Below, one piece after another: positions 8,301-15,296 of a DNA stretch of 64,000 nt (its first letter is position 1; every line of letters starts with the position of its first letter). Position numbers and translations under genes: made by a program. The DNA comes from Candidatus Acidiferrum sp. (GTDB taxonomy: Bacteria > Acidobacteriota > Terriglobia > Acidiferrales > UBA7541): positions 8,564-72,563 of the forward strand of contig JBGPIX010000001.1 of the NCBI GenBank assembly GCA_041485085.1. The letters run 5' to 3'. The notes under the pieces are model-generated. The model was not told the DNA's origin, did no database searches, and was given only the letters and a program-made list of their open reading frames with translations.

Positions 8301-10796
8301 CGCTGTTCCATTAAAGGTGACGGTGCTGGTGCCCTGACTCGCACCGAAGTTCACACCCGTGATTGTGACTGGAGTTCCGACCTGACCGGAAACAGGATTC
8401 AGGTTAGTGATGCTTGGAGCGGTCGAGGTGACCGTGAAGGCTACGCCGTTGCTGGCGACGCCGTTGACGGTGACGACCACGTTGCCCGTCGTTGCGCCGT
8501 TTGGCACAGGAGCGGCAATGCTCGTCGCGCTCCAACTAGTCGGTGTGGCGGCGATTCCGTTAAACGTGATTGTGCTCGTACCCTGGCTGGCGCCGAAATT
8601 GGTTCCAGTGACGGTTACGGGAGTAGCAATCGGACCGGAAGTTGGATTGACGAGAGTGATGGTTGGAGTCGGAAGAACGGTGAAGCTAATGCCGTTGCTG
8701 GCGACGCCACTGACAGTGACAACTACGTTGCCGGTCGTTGCGCCCGCGGGCACGGGAACGGCGATGCTGGTCGCCGACCAGCTCGTTGGAGATGCCGAGG
8801 TCCCGTTGAAAGTAACGGTGCTCGTTCCCTGACTGGCGCCGAAATTTGTACCGGTGATCGTCACGGACGCACCGGCCGGTCCCGAAGTCGGATTCAAGCT
8901 GGAAATCGTGGGGGTGGGAAGAACAGTAAAGGTCACGCCATTGCTGGCCACGCCGCTGACGGTGACAACCACGCTGCCGGTTGTCGCGCCTGCAGGAACT
9001 GGGACCACAATGCTGGTAGCTGTCCAACTTGTAGGCGCGGCGGTCGTTCCGTTGAACCTTACTGTGCTGGTCCCTTGCGATGCGCCAAAATTGGAGCCTG
9101 TAATCGTGACTGGAGTGCCTGCCGGGCCCGTGGTCGGATTTAGGCTCGCGATATTAGGCACGGAGCTGCCGCCGCTGACCGCGGCGCGGAAAGCGGCCAT
9201 CTGCATGATCCACAACTGAACTTTGTCCAAAACGGCCGTGGCGTTATAGCTGCCCGTGGCGGAGACGACATGGTCTTCGAGAATGTCGCCATCAACGGTA
9301 ATTCCGCGGCTGGTGTAGCCGGTTCCTGGACCCGTGGAGGTCGATTGCACAACATTCGCGCCAATCAGGATATCGTTGGCATTAATCGTGGTGACCGGGC
9401 CGCTGTCGCTGGTCGCTGTGTTGCCCTGCGCGCCCACTGAAGTGTCCAGAGCATTCAGCGGGTCGACGCCGCTGTATTCGGCGATACGGATGTCAGGATG
9501 GCGCGCGGCCACGTTGAAGTTCACCGTAACCGTGTTCGCGCCCGCCGCAGCCGCAGCGATATTCTTCGCGTAATAGATAGCCTGCGAAGCCGTACTGGCT
9601 TGCACAATTGGAGCCGCCGCCACAGCGTACGTATTGCCGATGGAGTCCGTGACGGAACTGATGGTCGCGGTTGAATCATTCCAACTGACGATGACGACGT
9701 TCAGGTTGCCCGCTGCCTGCGCGCCGGTGTATGTAACCGTCACGGGAGTTTGCGTGGCCTGGGGGCTCGCGGAATTGGTTTGCACAAAGAGGATGGGAGA
9801 GACGATTCCAACGGTAAAGTTGACGCCATTGCTGGGCTGAGCGCCGACCGTGACGACGACATTGCCAGTGGTCGCACCCGTCGGAACGGGAGCCGTGATG
9901 CTCGTGGCGCTCCATGCCGTTGGTGTCGCTGCTGTGCCATTGAAAGTGACCGTGCTCGTACCCTGCGTCGCTCCGAAATTTGCCCCAGCAATTGTCACCG
10001 AGGTGCCCGCAGGCCCGGATATGGGATTCAGGCTGCTGATCGTCGGCACGGCGCTGGTACTGGCGGAGCGAAAAGCCACCATCTGCATGATCCAGCCACC
10101 AGCCGGAGAATCTGGAGCCGTGGCACTGTAACTTCCCGTGGTCGTAACAGCTCGATCTTCCAAAATGTCGCCGTCCGGGCTGGTGATAACCCGGTTGGTG
10201 AATCCGGTTCCGGGTCCCGTCGTGACAGTCTGCACCAGGTTCGCGCCAACCAACAGATCGTTGGCATTTGTGGTTGTAACCGTACCGCTGCTGCTCAATG
10301 CGCTGTTCCCCTGTGCTGCCGCGACCACGTCGAGCGGATTCACCGTGTCCAGCCCGTCATATTCCGCGATACGAATGTCCGGGGATATTGCCGCGGTCGT
10401 GAAAGTTACGGTGACAACATTAGCGTTTGGTGCTGCAGAGAGAATATTCTTTGCGTAATAGATGGTCTGCGTCGCCAAGCCGGTCTGAACCGTTGGGCCC
10501 ACAGCCACGGAGTAGCTGTTGCCAATGGAGTCCGCCACGGAACTCACCTGTGCGGTCGAATCGTTCCAACCTACAACAACGATGTTCAAGTTGCCGAGGC
10601 TCTGCGCGGACGTGTAGGGGATCGCTACCGTCGTTGCGCTGGGATGTGGTTCGGCGACGTTGGTTTGAACAAAGGCGATGGAGGAGGTCTGTGCATGTCC
10701 AGAAATTTCAACGAGCAGCAGGAGGCTCAACGCCAATGTTCTACCGAGCAGAGCTCGAAGCGTCAAGGACCAGTAATGCCCGGCACGAATCAGCAT
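2325..10796 (-). CDS. Giant secreted surface protein (2823 aa): 4 unnamed ~200-aa beta domains, 15 IPT/TIG repeats, 2 Ig-like domains, C-terminal PQQ-like beta-propeller
   Basis: Signal peptide (...GHA|Q); GGAGG RBS; repeated PxITSLNPxSGxxGxxVTIxGxNFG...SNGxxFTV units; C-terminal TYHYDNARTG...FTVPTVANGKVYVG. Confidence 0.9.
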   Translation of the reverse strand: MLIRAGHYWSLTLRALLGRTLALSLLLLVEISGHAQTSSIAFVQTNVAEPHPSATTVAIPYTSAQSLGNLNIVVVGWNDSTAQVSSVADSIGNSYSVAVGPTVQTGLATQTIYYAKNILSAAPNANVVTVTFTTAAISPDIRIAEYDGLDTVNPLDVVAAAQGNSALSSSGTVTTTNANDLLVGANLVQTVTTGPGTGFTNRVITSPDGDILEDRAVTTTGSYSATAPDSPAGGWIMQMVAFRSASTSAVPTISSLNPISGPAGTSVTIAGANFGATQGTSTVTFNGTAATPTAWSATSITAPVPTGATTGNVVVTVGAQPSNGVNFTVGIVSPILFVQTNSASPQATQTPVTVTYTGAQAAGNLNVVIVSWNDSTATISSVTDSIGNTYAVAAAPIVQASTASQAIYYAKNIAAAAAGANTVTVNFNVAARHPDIRIAEYSGVDPLNALDTSVGAQGNTATSDSGPVTTINANDILIGANVVQSTSTGPGTGYTSRGITVDGDILEDHVVSATGSYNATAVLDKVQLWIMQMAAFRAAVSGGSSVPNIASLNPTTGPAGTPVTITGSNFGASQGTSTVRFNGTTAAPTSWTATSIVVPVPAGATTGSVVVTVSGVASNGVTFTVLPTPTISSLNPTSGPAGASVTITGTNFGASQGTSTVTFNGTSASPTSWSATSIAVPVPAGATTGNVVVTVSGVASNGISFTVLPTPTITLVNPTSGPIATPVTVTGTNFGASQGTSTITFNGIAATPTSWSATSIAAPVPNGATTGNVVVTVNGVASNGVAFTVTSTAPSITNLNPVSGQVGTPVTITGVNFGASQGTSTVTFNGTAGIPTAWSATSITVPVPTGATTGNVVVTVGGQPSNGISFTVTIPPPSITSLNPTSGVVGTSVIVVGANFGASQGTSTVTFNGTAGIPTAWSAASITVPVPTGATAGNVVVTVGGQVSNGISFSVTPNITSLNPNSGVVGTSVSITGTSFGATQGTSTVTFNGTTGTPTAWTATSITVPVPTGATTGNVVVTVGGVASNGSNFTVVVPPSITSLNPASGSVGTPVTITGANFGATQGTSTVTFNGIAATPTSWNATTILVPVPAGTTTGNVVVTVGGQASNGSNFTVTLTTGAIVLVQHRSKDAGITASSTLAFNSNNTAGNWIAVIIRAGKAGQVLTVSDTRGNAYHTAIQYNVTTDTPNGDTLGIFYAENIAGGANTVTVAESISNNTLRFAILEYSGVALSNSLDVVATAQGTSATANTGNALMTANGDLLIGAILTGNPATYTAATGYKIEETVPAAPNTKLAEEDQIQATAGTVSAGVTFSASDSWGAGLAAFKAASGGGTTGPSITSLNPTSGVVGTSVTITGTNFGASQGTSTVTFNGTAATPTSWSATSIAVPVPTGAITGNVVVTVGGTASNGVTFTVTVPPPSITNLNPTSGLVGASVIITGTNFGASQGTSTVKFNGTTATPTAWSATSITAPVPTGATTGNVVVTVGGVASNGISFTVLVPPSITSLTPNSGIVGTSIIVAGANFGASQGTSTVTFNGTAAPPTSWSATSIAVPVPAGATTGNVVVTVGGLASNGLNFTVVIPPSITSLTPNSGTVGASVVIAGANFGASQGSSTVTFNGITATPTSWSATSIAAPVPNGATTGNVVVTVSGVASNGVSFTVTSPGPSLTSLGLTQGPVGAVVTIVGTNFGATQGTSTVTFNGTVGTANTWSDTSIDVPVPVGATTGNVVVSVGGIASNGLPFTVTPPPNITSLNPVSGPIGAVVTINGTNFGPTVGTRVSGVTFNGVSARTTSWSDTQIILPVPAGATTGNVVVSISGVASNGVLFTVTAPPAITTVNPTGGPAGTSVTISGSNFGSSQGTSTVTFNGIAATPTIWNDTNISAPVPAGASTGNVVVTVGGLASNGVNFTVTSSGAPIGFIQSNFAVPHPSATTITIPFSAPQNAGDLNVVAVGWNDSAAQISSVTDSAGNAYTLAVGPTVQVGIATQSIYYAKNIASAVANANVVSVTFNTAANAPDIRIAEYSNVDPVNALDASAAAQGSSVLSSSGAVTTTSANDLIVGVNLVQTTTTGPGVGFTSRVITSPDGDILEDRAAASAGSYVATAPDSPAGSWIMQAVAFRAAGSAPPPPISVSVAPPTASVTSGGASQGFTATLQNDTQNKGVTWSLSGAGCTGTACGMLSAVTATTVSYSAPATLPSPPTVTLKATSVADNTKSATSTITVTQGTLSVAVAPARAAVTFSQSQQFTATVFNDSQNLGVNWMVDGNNGGNSTTGTVSTSGLFTPGTQAGQHTVTAASVSNASVNASVTIAVTDLSGILTYHYDNARTGQTLKEYALLPSTLSSSTFGRLFSCPVDGYVYAQPLYVANLTVASTTRNVVFLATEHDSVYAFDADSPSCTQLWKTSFLKSGVTTMSWQDTSAGTSSAATDDVFPEIGITSTPVIDLATNTIYLVAKTKETVGSGCSTGSPCYISRLHALDLLTGLDKFGGPVVISAPNFVSLRHFNRPGLLFVNGTIYIAFGSHGDISPWFGWLFGYDPTTLARKFVFSTSDPTNGNNGASIWDGGAGPAADASGNLYASTGNGAYDGTKNFSESTLKISPTGLLLDWFTPFNRSTLDANDVDLGSAGVVILPDSVGSAAHPHLALATGKIAVLFLLDQTNMGRFNSGSNLDVQEVIPVPPPNTTQLDGGNYGVPAYWNGNIYTTGQNYPLSQFKIANGNISAPQFAVSTNTYPARGAIPAVSASGTTNGIVWVLDLSGWPTGGNAVLNAYDASNVSNLLFSSPTTGSGVAGPAVKFTVPTVANGKVYVGGQGVITVFGLLP
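8041..8336. repeat. Exact 47-bp direct repeat in adjacent IPT/TIG units (8041-8087 and 8290-8336; period 249 bp)
   Basis: GTCGGAATTCCCGCTGTTCCATTAAAGGTGACGGTGCTGGTGCCCTG occurs twice. Confidence 0.9.
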
Positions 10797-11089
10797 GAAA
10801 CTTCCTCCGCGGGAAACCAGATGAGCCAGTCAATTCGGAAAATAAAAGTGCCTCCAACAAGCGAACCACCGTAAGTTGGTGGCGATAAAAATAGGGGCGG
10901 CACCGTTTTGCCAGATTCCTTCGAAACCAAAAACTCGGATTTTGAAAGCACCATTGAGCCTGTCGGGAAGCCCATAATCAACTCTTGTCACCCAAGGCGC
11001 TGCCACGGGCTCGGAAACGTCATTCCTGTTCATTCTTTGGTTGATGGTTTCGAGGCAGTCTTCCACGGGCAAGTCACTTGGAGACGTTG

Positions 11090-11105
11090 AGCACTCTGCC
11101 TTCCA
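11090..11105 (-). promoter_or_regulatory. sigma54 -24/-12 promoter candidate for the giant surface protein gene
   Basis: TGGAAGGCAGAGTGCT (GG-N10-GC); a perfect IHF consensus lies just upstream. Confidence 0.55.
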
Positions 11106-11118
11106 AACCGAGGTATGT

Positions 11119-11144
11119 CAAACCATTGATTTAAAAAGAGTTTA
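11119..11144. promoter_or_regulatory. IHF-like site / ~25-bp dyad
   Basis: CAAACCATTGATTTAAAAAGAGTTTA; the reverse complement of 11119-11131 is AATCAATGGTTTG, matching WATCAANNNNTTR. Confidence 0.6.
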
Positions 11145-11390
11145 ATGGACTCCAAGGTGCCCATGTAATGGCTTTGGGAACGTCAATGGTATCATTGTGC
11201 AGTTCGCTTCCCACAGGAACACGCGGTCTCAGGGTAGCAATCGCTTGAAGTAGTCCATGATGAGGAACGGCCCACACTCCAAAGCTTTGAGAGAATCTGC
11301 CAAGAGACAAATGGACAGGCAAGGGGAGGGGAACAACGATTTGAAACACTGCTCGATAAACACTTCCCCAATAGCGGTGAGTAGGGAACC

Positions 11391-11558
11391 CTACTTTATC
11401 GCTTGTTCGTTCGGGTCTACGCTCTGGCTGGAAGCAGGGACGGTGCCTCGCAGTACCACAAGTACTCGACGCAGCAGCACACCAGTCAGGATCAGCACTA
11501 GGCCGACGAGCAAGAGTCCCGAGGTCTCGGGAAGTCTTGATATAGATGTGAGAATCAT
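11391..11558 (-). CDS. 55-aa microprotein consisting mostly of a PEP-CTERM-like sorting signal
   Basis: Below the ORF-track cutoff. MILTSISRLPETSGLLLVGLVLILTGVLLRRVLVVLRGTVPASSQSVDPNEQAIK*: LPE motif, TM helix, RR. A sigma54 promoter lies immediately upstream. In-frame GTG at 11564; no SD sequence. Confidence 0.65.
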   Translation of the reverse strand: MILTSISRLPETSGLLLVGLVLILTGVLLRRVLVVLRGTVPASSQSVDPNEQAIK

Positions 11559-11575
11559 ATGCACACAGGAGCTAG

Positions 11576-11591
11576 TGCAACTGGGCGACCA
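11576..11591 (-). promoter_or_regulatory. sigma54 -24/-12 promoter candidate for the microprotein
   Basis: TGGTCGCCCAGTTGCA; 25-bp dyad TAAACCACTTAAAATGAATAAGTTA at 11607-11631. Confidence 0.6.
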
Positions 11592-11791
11592 AAAGCAAGT
11601 ATGAGGTAAACCACTTAAAATGAATAAGTTAACTCGGCATTAAACTCTGAAACTGGAGGGGATTGGGAAACAGAGTAGTGTAATCATGCAGTATTTTTCC
11701 AAGACTCGCACATTGTTCTCTACGCTTTCACAGACAGGGGGCAGACACTCTGCCCTCAACGCCAGGCCACCCCGTATGGGTGCCTCTCGAG

Positions 11792-12847
11792 TTATTCGAC
11801 TCTCCGGAGCCAACCCTCTCTCCAATAGTGGTAAATGGCCCTGGGGCAGAGCTTGTGATAGTCCGCGGCGCAGGCCGAGCCATCCAAGATGATGCAGGAA
11901 GACTTCATACGCAGCATCTTGCCGGTTTTTTCATCCACGATTTGGTTGACCCGCTTCAAAACACGGTAGGTCCCCCCGCAATACTTGAGCATTTCGGAGT
12001 CGAAGAGAAGGCCGCGGTTACGGTTCCTCTTGTCCAGAGTCGCGAAAATTTCCTGCCTGGATTTGACCCGAACGAATTCGCCGGGCTGGAAGTTCAACTC
12101 GCCGGAGGGAGATGCGGCCGGCAAGGCCTGGACGTGTGGATATTGCACGCCCTTTCGAATGGATTGAAACTTGTTGAACACCTCGACGAGCAAGACGCGA
12201 AACACATCGAACGTGCCCAGAAGGGCCTCCAGGAGTTTCTCGCCTTTCGAGTCGCCGAGTCCGCGGTTCAGATTTCTGGAGCGAATGTCGAGGACGTATT
12301 GCCAGAGATTCCAGGACGGGAGATCCGCGCTAAATTCACGTAGCTCGGTGGCTTGGCAGGAATAGATATCTTCTCCGGTGGCTGGGTCCTTGCCTTTTTC
12401 GCTGGCACGCTGGAGTATCTCTAAGAGTGGAAGTGTCGCTCCACTTGCCAACGCGACAGAAGTCTTCGGCGCGGCCGAACCGGACTCACCGATTCGAGAG
12501 TCCGCAACAAATGCAGAGTCAACTCTCTTCAACCAGGCTTCATGCCAAAAAATCAGGCAGCCAGCATCGCATCCACCATGCGCCTGGCCGTCGCATCGAA
12601 CACCAGTCAGATGCACGGCATTTTTTACGGTGCGCATGTTCCAGGCCTGAATGTTGTCGCAGGTTTTGTGCGCCACTTTGTACACACGAAATCGTTTTCC
12701 GCAGTACTGGAGCATCTCCGGCATGAACGGCATGGCATTCCGCCTGCCGTGCTCATCCAGCGTGGCGAGGACCTCCTCCTGCGAACGCACTTCAACAGCT
12801 TCGCCTGCCAGCAAATTAAGCTGATACTCCGGATTCTTCGACCCCAT
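11792..12847 (-). CDS. Hypothetical protein with an internally duplicated Cys-rich domain
   Basis: Two copies of GE.V.V.S..E..ATLD....F..EML.YCG...RV.K...G..C...H..C......W.E.WL.RV. Confidence 0.85.
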   Translation of the reverse strand: MGSKNPEYQLNLLAGEAVEVRSQEEVLATLDEHGRRNAMPFMPEMLQYCGKRFRVYKVAHKTCDNIQAWNMRTVKNAVHLTGVRCDGQAHGGCDAGCLIFWHEAWLKRVDSAFVADSRIGESGSAAPKTSVALASGATLPLLEILQRASEKGKDPATGEDIYSCQATELREFSADLPSWNLWQYVLDIRSRNLNRGLGDSKGEKLLEALLGTFDVFRVLLVEVFNKFQSIRKGVQYPHVQALPAASPSGELNFQPGEFVRVKSRQEIFATLDKRNRNRGLLFDSEMLKYCGGTYRVLKRVNQIVDEKTGKMLRMKSSCIILDGSACAADYHKLCPRAIYHYWREGWLRRVE

Positions 12848-12979
12848 GTTCTGTCTATCTCACTTTCCCGAATTTGCTGTGAGTCAGTACTTCACAATGT
12901 ATCTTGGCACTAGGTTTCGATTCATCTTGACTTCCGGCGGCAACTCCTGACTAAACAACGCGCGACCGCCGCGTCCCTA

Positions 12980-14344
12980 TCAGGTTCTGGAAGCGTCAGG
13001 CGAAGTATCGACTTCGCGGGCCGGCTCGCGAGTAATCCGGCTGGAATACTCGGGGCCTAAGCGCGAGGCCATGGTTTCCGCGATCCGCCGCGCGAGAATT
13101 TCCCAGTCATATTTCTTCGCCAGAGCTTGGCGGATCATGCGCTGCTCGCCAGAGTTGGCGGCGGGGCCAAGGGACTCGGCAATGGCCGCGGACCATTGAT
13201 CCCGAGTTTCAGGCAACCGCACCACATCACGAAATGCTTCCAAGGAGGCGATGGGTGTGCCGACCGCAGGTCGCCCGCTCGCTAGGTACTCATGCAGTTT
13301 GAGCGGATAAATATACTTGGTGTAGTCATCGCGGAGATAAGGCATCACGCAAACATCGAAGTGCTGAGGATAAGTGGCCAGCTCCTGGGCAGTCTTGCTG
13401 CCGAGGAAACGCACATTGGGACGGCGTGAGAGTTGGTCGATGTAGGCGGCTATTTCAGGATGCGGGTTGACGGCCCCGACAAAAACGAAAAACCATTCGG
13501 GATGGCGGGTAGCCAGATCGAGAAGCAAGGCCCAATCGAGCTGCTTCTTGAGGCGGCCGCTGTAGCCTATGCGGGGATGCGGAATTCCGGCAATATCCGC
13601 GGGTTCGGGAACAGGTCGGGCATAAGCAAGGAAATCGACGCCATTCGGTGCAAAAGCGGTCTGAAGATTAATTTGGCCCTTCTTTTCAAGCAAAGCAGGC
13701 GAATGGATGAACACCTGGTCTGCTCGGGCGATCAAACAAGATTCCGCTTCCGAGTTGGGGATATCTACCGAAGAAAAAGAGTACTCGTCGTCGATGTGGT
13801 AACAGCTGAGATCGAAAGAAATGAGATCAAGAGCTGAGGCAAAATCCGGACGCCACAGATACAAGACAATCTTCTTGCAACCTCGACTGAGCAAGACTTG
13901 GCGGGCATTTTCCAGGCGTTTCCGGAGGAATGACTGGGCCAGCCACCGCGGTGAGAAGAGTGCGGGTAAAAACGGGGATGACGTGTGTATTGCAAAGCCG
14001 GGCTCGGGAATTGGCATTTCCTCGCGGGGCGCCAGGAATTTGTTTGGCCGAAATGAGTCCCGCCAATACTCGGCGGGATTCATCCACACGACAGTAAAGT
14101 AACGCGCCAGGCGTGTCATAACTTGATGGCGCGGCTGCCATTGCCAATGCCATCGGTCCGGGACAAGGGCAAGGACGCCGACATCGGGAAGTAGAGGGGC
14201 AGCCGCGAGAAAGGATTGCTCCATGCTGCGGGCCCGCGACTTACTTCCGACTGCGGCCAATTTGGAATCGATTAATTTCATGAAATAGGATGAGTAGGCA
14301 ATATCATCGCTCAGCCCATATGACAGTGAAAAGTGGAAATTCAC
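12980..14344 (-). CDS. GT-B glycosyltransferase (TuaH-like, GT4-related)
   Basis: QPRHQ, APNGVD, PLKLHEYLASGRP; GTGA overlap with the upstream stop codon. Confidence 0.85.
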   Translation of the reverse strand: MNFHFSLSYGLSDDIAYSSYFMKLIDSKLAAVGSKSRARSMEQSFLAAAPLLPDVGVLALVPDRWHWQWQPRHQVMTRLARYFTVVWMNPAEYWRDSFRPNKFLAPREEMPIPEPGFAIHTSSPFLPALFSPRWLAQSFLRKRLENARQVLLSRGCKKIVLYLWRPDFASALDLISFDLSCYHIDDEYSFSSVDIPNSEAESCLIARADQVFIHSPALLEKKGQINLQTAFAPNGVDFLAYARPVPEPADIAGIPHPRIGYSGRLKKQLDWALLLDLATRHPEWFFVFVGAVNPHPEIAAYIDQLSRRPNVRFLGSKTAQELATYPQHFDVCVMPYLRDDYTKYIYPLKLHEYLASGRPAVGTPIASLEAFRDVVRLPETRDQWSAAIAESLGPAANSGEQRMIRQALAKKYDWEILARRIAETMASRLGPEYSSRITREPAREVDTSPDASRT

Positions 14345-15264
14345 TTGCCACTGGATGCGCTATTCCTTGACTCGATAATCTGGCCCCAATTCTCATAGAC
14401 TTGCAATTTGTGATAGAAGCGTATCTTTGAACTCACGGAGAATACCGATTTCAACAGGTTTCTGAATAACATGGCGTAGAGATATCTCGGTACTCCGAAA
14501 TACCGAATCGCGTTAGATGGTATTCCGGCTTCACGCACAGAAGCGCGGCCACGGCCAACGTACCAAGCTTTGAAGTAATCCTTTTCCGTTCGGTGCTTCT
14601 CGACGGGATGGTAAACGATAGCCCCCGGAACATACATCAACCGTTCTCCCGCTTTTATGAGTCTGCGGCAAAACTCCGAGTCTTCTCCTCGTATCTCACT
14701 TCCCACCGTTGGACCGAGATCAGCTCTGAATTCACCATACTTTTGGAACATCTCCTTCTTGAAAGCGAAATTAGCGCCGAGGGCCGCGGTTTCAATCGGG
14801 CAGGGCTGCTCTCCTAGGTCGAAGCTGACAACAGCGTTCATAAGCCGGTACGGACCGTCCATTTCGAGCCAGTCTGGTTTCGGAATATTCCATACCGGGA
14901 CGACTCTTCCTCCCACACCCGCGCAACCGAATGTTTCGATCGTGTCCATCAAGCGATTCAGCCAATGCGAGTCCACCGTAACGTCGTCATCGGTGAAGAC
15001 AACAATCTCGCCTTTCGCTTCCTTGATTCCCCTGTTCAGGGCGAACGACTTGCCTTGCCGTCCCTCAAAAATATATCGGAATCGCCGGGGACACTTGTCC
15101 GAGAACGACTTGGTCACATCCTTCGTGGAGTCGCTGGAATTGTTATCGACTATTAGCACTTCCCACTCCAATTCAGGCGGGACGACCAACTGAAGAAGGC
15201 TCTCCAAGGCTACCTCCAACAGCTTCGCGCGATTGTAAGTGCAAAGGATGATGCTAGCTTTCAT
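14341..15264 (-). CDS. GT2 glycosyltransferase
   Basis: SIILCTYNR, IVDNNSSD, FTDDD, GED. Confidence 0.9.
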   Translation of the reverse strand: MKASIILCTYNRAKLLEVALESLLQLVVPPELEWEVLIVDNNSSDSTKDVTKSFSDKCPRRFRYIFEGRQGKSFALNRGIKEAKGEIVVFTDDDVTVDSHWLNRLMDTIETFGCAGVGGRVVPVWNIPKPDWLEMDGPYRLMNAVVSFDLGEQPCPIETAALGANFAFKKEMFQKYGEFRADLGPTVGSEIRGEDSEFCRRLIKAGERLMYVPGAIVYHPVEKHRTEKDYFKAWYVGRGRASVREAGIPSNAIRYFGVPRYLYAMLFRNLLKSVFSVSSKIRFYHKLQVYENWGQIIESRNSASSGK

Positions 15265-15296
15265 GCGATTCGGTAGAAATCGATTTCTCTCTTGAG

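Noticed and set aside
2383-10874. Many + strand ORFs with repeated VTTTLPVVAP...VTVLVP peptides
   Set aside because: They are antisense shadows of the IPT/TIG repeats of the 2823-aa gene.
10897-10913. GGCACCGTTTTGC / TGGCAAAACGGTGC sigma54-like sites
   Set aside because: GG-to-GC spacing is 9 rather than the required 10 on both strands.
10797-11079. Riboswitch or ops/JUMPstart element in the long leader of the giant gene
   Set aside because: Only a short hairpin (CCACC...GGTGG near 10866-10882) is seen, with no recognisable c-di-GMP aptamer or GGCGGTAG motif. An Rfam search would settle it.
11391-11558. Reading LPETSG as a sortase LPXTG signal
   Set aside because: It is not an exact LPXTG, the host is diderm (Wza, OM barrel), and no sortase is in view. 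A PEP-CTERM-like reading fits the context better.
12905-12920. TGGCACTAGGTTTCG sigma54-like -24 box
   Set aside because: There is no GC at -12, and it points against the local gene direction.
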